Positions 61,485-64,000 of a stretch of 64,000 nt of DNA are shown in pieces. Position 1 is the stretch's first letter. Every line of letters begins with the position of its first letter. Below the pieces are notes generated by a model. The model did not search any database, was not told the origin of the DNA, and saw only the letters and a list, made by a program, of their open reading frames with translations. A program made the translations under genes and the position numbers. The DNA is from Vitrella brassicaformis CCMP3155. Its lineage: Eukaryota > Protista > Chromerida. The stretch spans positions 8,066-72,065 of the forward strand of contig CDMY01000461.1 of NCBI GenBank assembly GCA_001179505.1. Direction: 5' to 3'.

Positions 61485-62731
61485 NNNNNNNNNNNNNNNN
61501 NNNNNNNNNNNNNNNNNNNNNNNNNNNNNNNNNNNNNNNNNNNNNNNNNNNNNNNNNNNNNNNNNNNNNNNNNNNNNNNNNNNNNNNNNNNNNNNNNNNN
61601 NNNNNNNNNNNNNNNNNNNNNNNNNNNNNNNNNNNNNNNNNNNNNNNNNNNNNNNNNNNNNNNNNNNNNNNNNNNNNNNNNNNNNNNNNNNNNNNNNNNN
61701 NNNNNNNNNNNNNNNNNNNNNNNNNNNNNNNNNNNNNNNNNNNNNNNNNNNNNNNNNNNNNNNNNNNNNNNNNNNNNNNNNNNNGGGGGGGGGGGGGGGG
61801 GGGGGGGGGGGTGGCTGATAGATTCGTGGTGCATGGTTTGGGTGTGTCCTGTGTGGTGTGTGTGCAGCGTTAAGAGGCGTATCGGAGAGTTGGAGGATTG
61901 TAGAGCCGGTTGGAGATCTGGACAAGCGGTCGGTCGCTGGAGGAGATATGGATCCAGATATGATACAGATGGATGGATGGATGTACACTACCACTCACAT
62001 GTGCATGGTCTATGGGATGGCCGCCGTGTGTGTGAACGAATGATCGCCCTTGGAAACATCCGTGTCGCTTTCCTTTTTGGTGTGGGAATCTGACAGACAG
62101 GCAGGCAGACAGACAGACAGGCCAGCCGAGATCGATAAGATGGCCCGGTTTTCCTAGGCACTGGATGTATCCATGCATGGCTGCCTCCGGTCGGTCATTT
62201 TGGCCTGCTTGCGCGAAGAAATAGATAAAGCAGGCGGCCATATGACCAAGACACACACGCACACTTTTCTTTTTGCGATCAGTTCGTTGTGTACCGACGC
62301 ATCACGCCACCCACCCACAGGCAGAGATGCATCCGAGGCTGACCGACAGAAGCGGGTGCATCTCTGTCTGTGGGTGGATTGTGAGAGCATTGGTACGCCA
62401 CGAATGACGCCTCCACGCATCCCATTACTTGTTTGCACGGCTGACGGGAGTGTGGCTGGAATGAATGAATGTACAGCTGAATACATACGAAGCATGGATG
62501 GATGATACGTGAATTGCCCGAATCTATCTACCTGGCTGGCTGGCAGGACGGATGTGCTGACGTCGTGTGTGGAGTGGACGGCTGTGTGCAGGAGACTGAC
62601 AGCGATCGCATGGATGTGTGGATGGATGTATAGCTGGATGGATGGATGGACGGACAGCCTGACGGACGGATTGAGTTAAAGAGCATCGCGTGTGCATTGC
62701 GTCGACCCACCCACACGCCGTCACAGCTAAA

Positions 62732-62842
62732 CATCCCGTCACCTCACCCCTCCCTCCCGAGTGTACCCGAGTGTCTCCCCATCCGTCTGTGTGTGTAGAC
62801 GTCCTTCTTCTGTCGACGTGCACTCATTTGAAGGGCACAAAG
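62732..62842 (-). repeat. Inverted second copy of the dispersed repeat at 39603-39695
   Basis: The reverse complement aligns with 39603-39695, with a short ACACTCGGG duplication. Confidence 0.8.
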
Positions 62843-63687
62843 GCCTCTCTGATGTCTGCCGAGCAGACGGGGCACTTCCACAGGAGACTCCGTCGACCCA
62901 GCAAAATGACGACCTTCTTGAGGCCCTCCGCACAACCTGTGGGAAGCGTCGATGACAGACTCAGACGTCACTGGCTGTTTGTGTCGGTCTGTTCTGTGGT
63001 GGCGGGTGGCCTCACTCTTGCAAATGGACTGGTGCTTGCAGAGGAGAAATCCAGTTGGCGAGAATCCCGATCCTGGCGAGAATCGATATTTGAGCTCGCA
63101 AGGAGACGGCTCTTTTCTCCTCTTTCTCCTTTCCGTATTCTAATCTTCTAAGGCGGCCATTCTTTCTTCCTCCTCGTCGTCGCCGACAGGAAAGTACGAG
63201 CGCCACGAGCTAGCCTGCGAGAATGGGATATCCCTCCATCGGACACTCTCCATCGGACACAGATGGTGAGTTCCCTCCACTCACGTCACAGGCCGGGTGG
63301 GGCGGTGGGTTGTATAAACGAATGGTAGCTCTCATCAATGCGGTTCACATGCGGGCAGCACCGTGGCGCCAGGCCCCGAGGGTGGGGAGAGCTGGCTCCC
63401 ACCCAGCCCAGGATAGAAGTGCCCGTAGATCTGGCTCCTGGTCACGGACGGGGCTGAAAGTGGGCTTAAATTGACGAGGGCGATGGCGCTGACAGTGTGG
63501 TGTAGACGCGGTCCTTGCCCGATGCTTATCTGGCGAGGCGGGTCTCGCCTTTGGATCGAATCACGTTTTTCTCGACAGCCTGAAGGAGACTGGGGGCCGC
63601 ACGCGTCTCATGTGAAAGCGGGCATCGATGCGGTCCTGATGCACCTATAGTTACCTATCACTCCCGTCGCCCCCCAAATTTCATTAG

Positions 63688-64000
63688 AAAGCGCGCCCTT
63701 GCGATGGCGAAGTTTTCGAGGTCGTCCACAAGGCCACTGGGGAGACCCGAGCGGTGAAGACGTTCGCCAAGCGAGCCCACGTCGAAGTGGCGGCTGAACG
63801 CCACAACGTCAACGCGTGTAAGTGTAAGAATAGGTGGGAGAGAGTCGGGGAGAATGGTGAAGAGAGGATCTGCCGGGCGGTCAGTCCCGGATAAAGGATT
63901 AAGTCAATGCAACGTAAGGTCTGTGGATTTTGTGGAGAGTCCACGTAGGACATGTAGTATGCGTCAGTCCATCCTGTCTGACGTCCTGTCCGCCATGGCC
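63688..64000 (+). CDS. Protein kinase-like N-lobe fragment with degenerate Gly-loop, truncated by the window end
   Basis: DGEVFEVVHKATGETRAVK (subdomains I-II) is spliced in frame to a segment ending QSILSDVLSAMA (VIa-like). Confidence 0.5.

Noticed and set aside
61465-61810. Poly-G tracts as a G-quadruplex or poly-Gly feature
   Set aside because: They border an N gap, so true length and content are unknown.
276-61994. Many long antisense or alternative-frame ORFs (e.g. 276-1169, 1160-1813, 20417-21094, 39322-40329, 60711-61994)
   Set aside because: They are shadows of real GC-rich genes, or run through microsatellite introns or N gaps (CVCVC, THTHT, QTDRQ and X runs).
1-64000. tRNA, rRNA, snRNA, spliced-leader RNA, transposase or reverse transcriptase genes
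   Set aside because: No convincing T-loop/cloverleaf, rRNA, dinoflagellate-type SL or DDE/RT motifs were seen by eye. tRNAscan-SE and Infernal would be needed to exclude them formally.

Overview
GC-rich, intron-dense eukaryotic DNA with GT-AG introns full of (TG)n, (TC)n, (GACA)n and (GGAT)n microsatellites. Gene content (IspF with a bipartite leader, RAP-type protein, PAN/apple secreted protein, expanded BTB genes) points to a chromerid alveolate, most likely Vitrella brassicaformis; this is inference and no database search was run. About 20 genes are present, many in compact head-to-head pairs: EF-1alpha/eIF3k, CFAP97-like/IspF, BTB/UBA-RecQ4-like, BTB/Cid1-type nucleotidyltransferase, hemerythrin/UNC50, C2H2 protein/cytochrome b5, NT5C/DGAT2 and RAP/orphan. 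There is also a very large secreted Cys-rich protein, USP5/13, a FAS1 protein and a kinase-like fragment at the right edge. Four 300-N gaps occur, two with duplicated flanks. Best leads: (1) a symmetric in-frame exon with four WG motifs (Argonaute-hook-like) inside the catalytic domain of a Cid1/TUTase; (2) three tandem hairpins with an identical GGGGCG loop and a compensatory base-pair change; (3) a UBA-fused RECQL4-like half-helicase with degenerate motifs and an internal amber codon; (4) an exon-shuffled locus built from UBA exons of the neighbouring USP5/13 gene plus a module shared with the RecQ-like gene. No tRNA, rRNA, CRISPR or intact transposon was recognised. Exon boundaries were read by eye.
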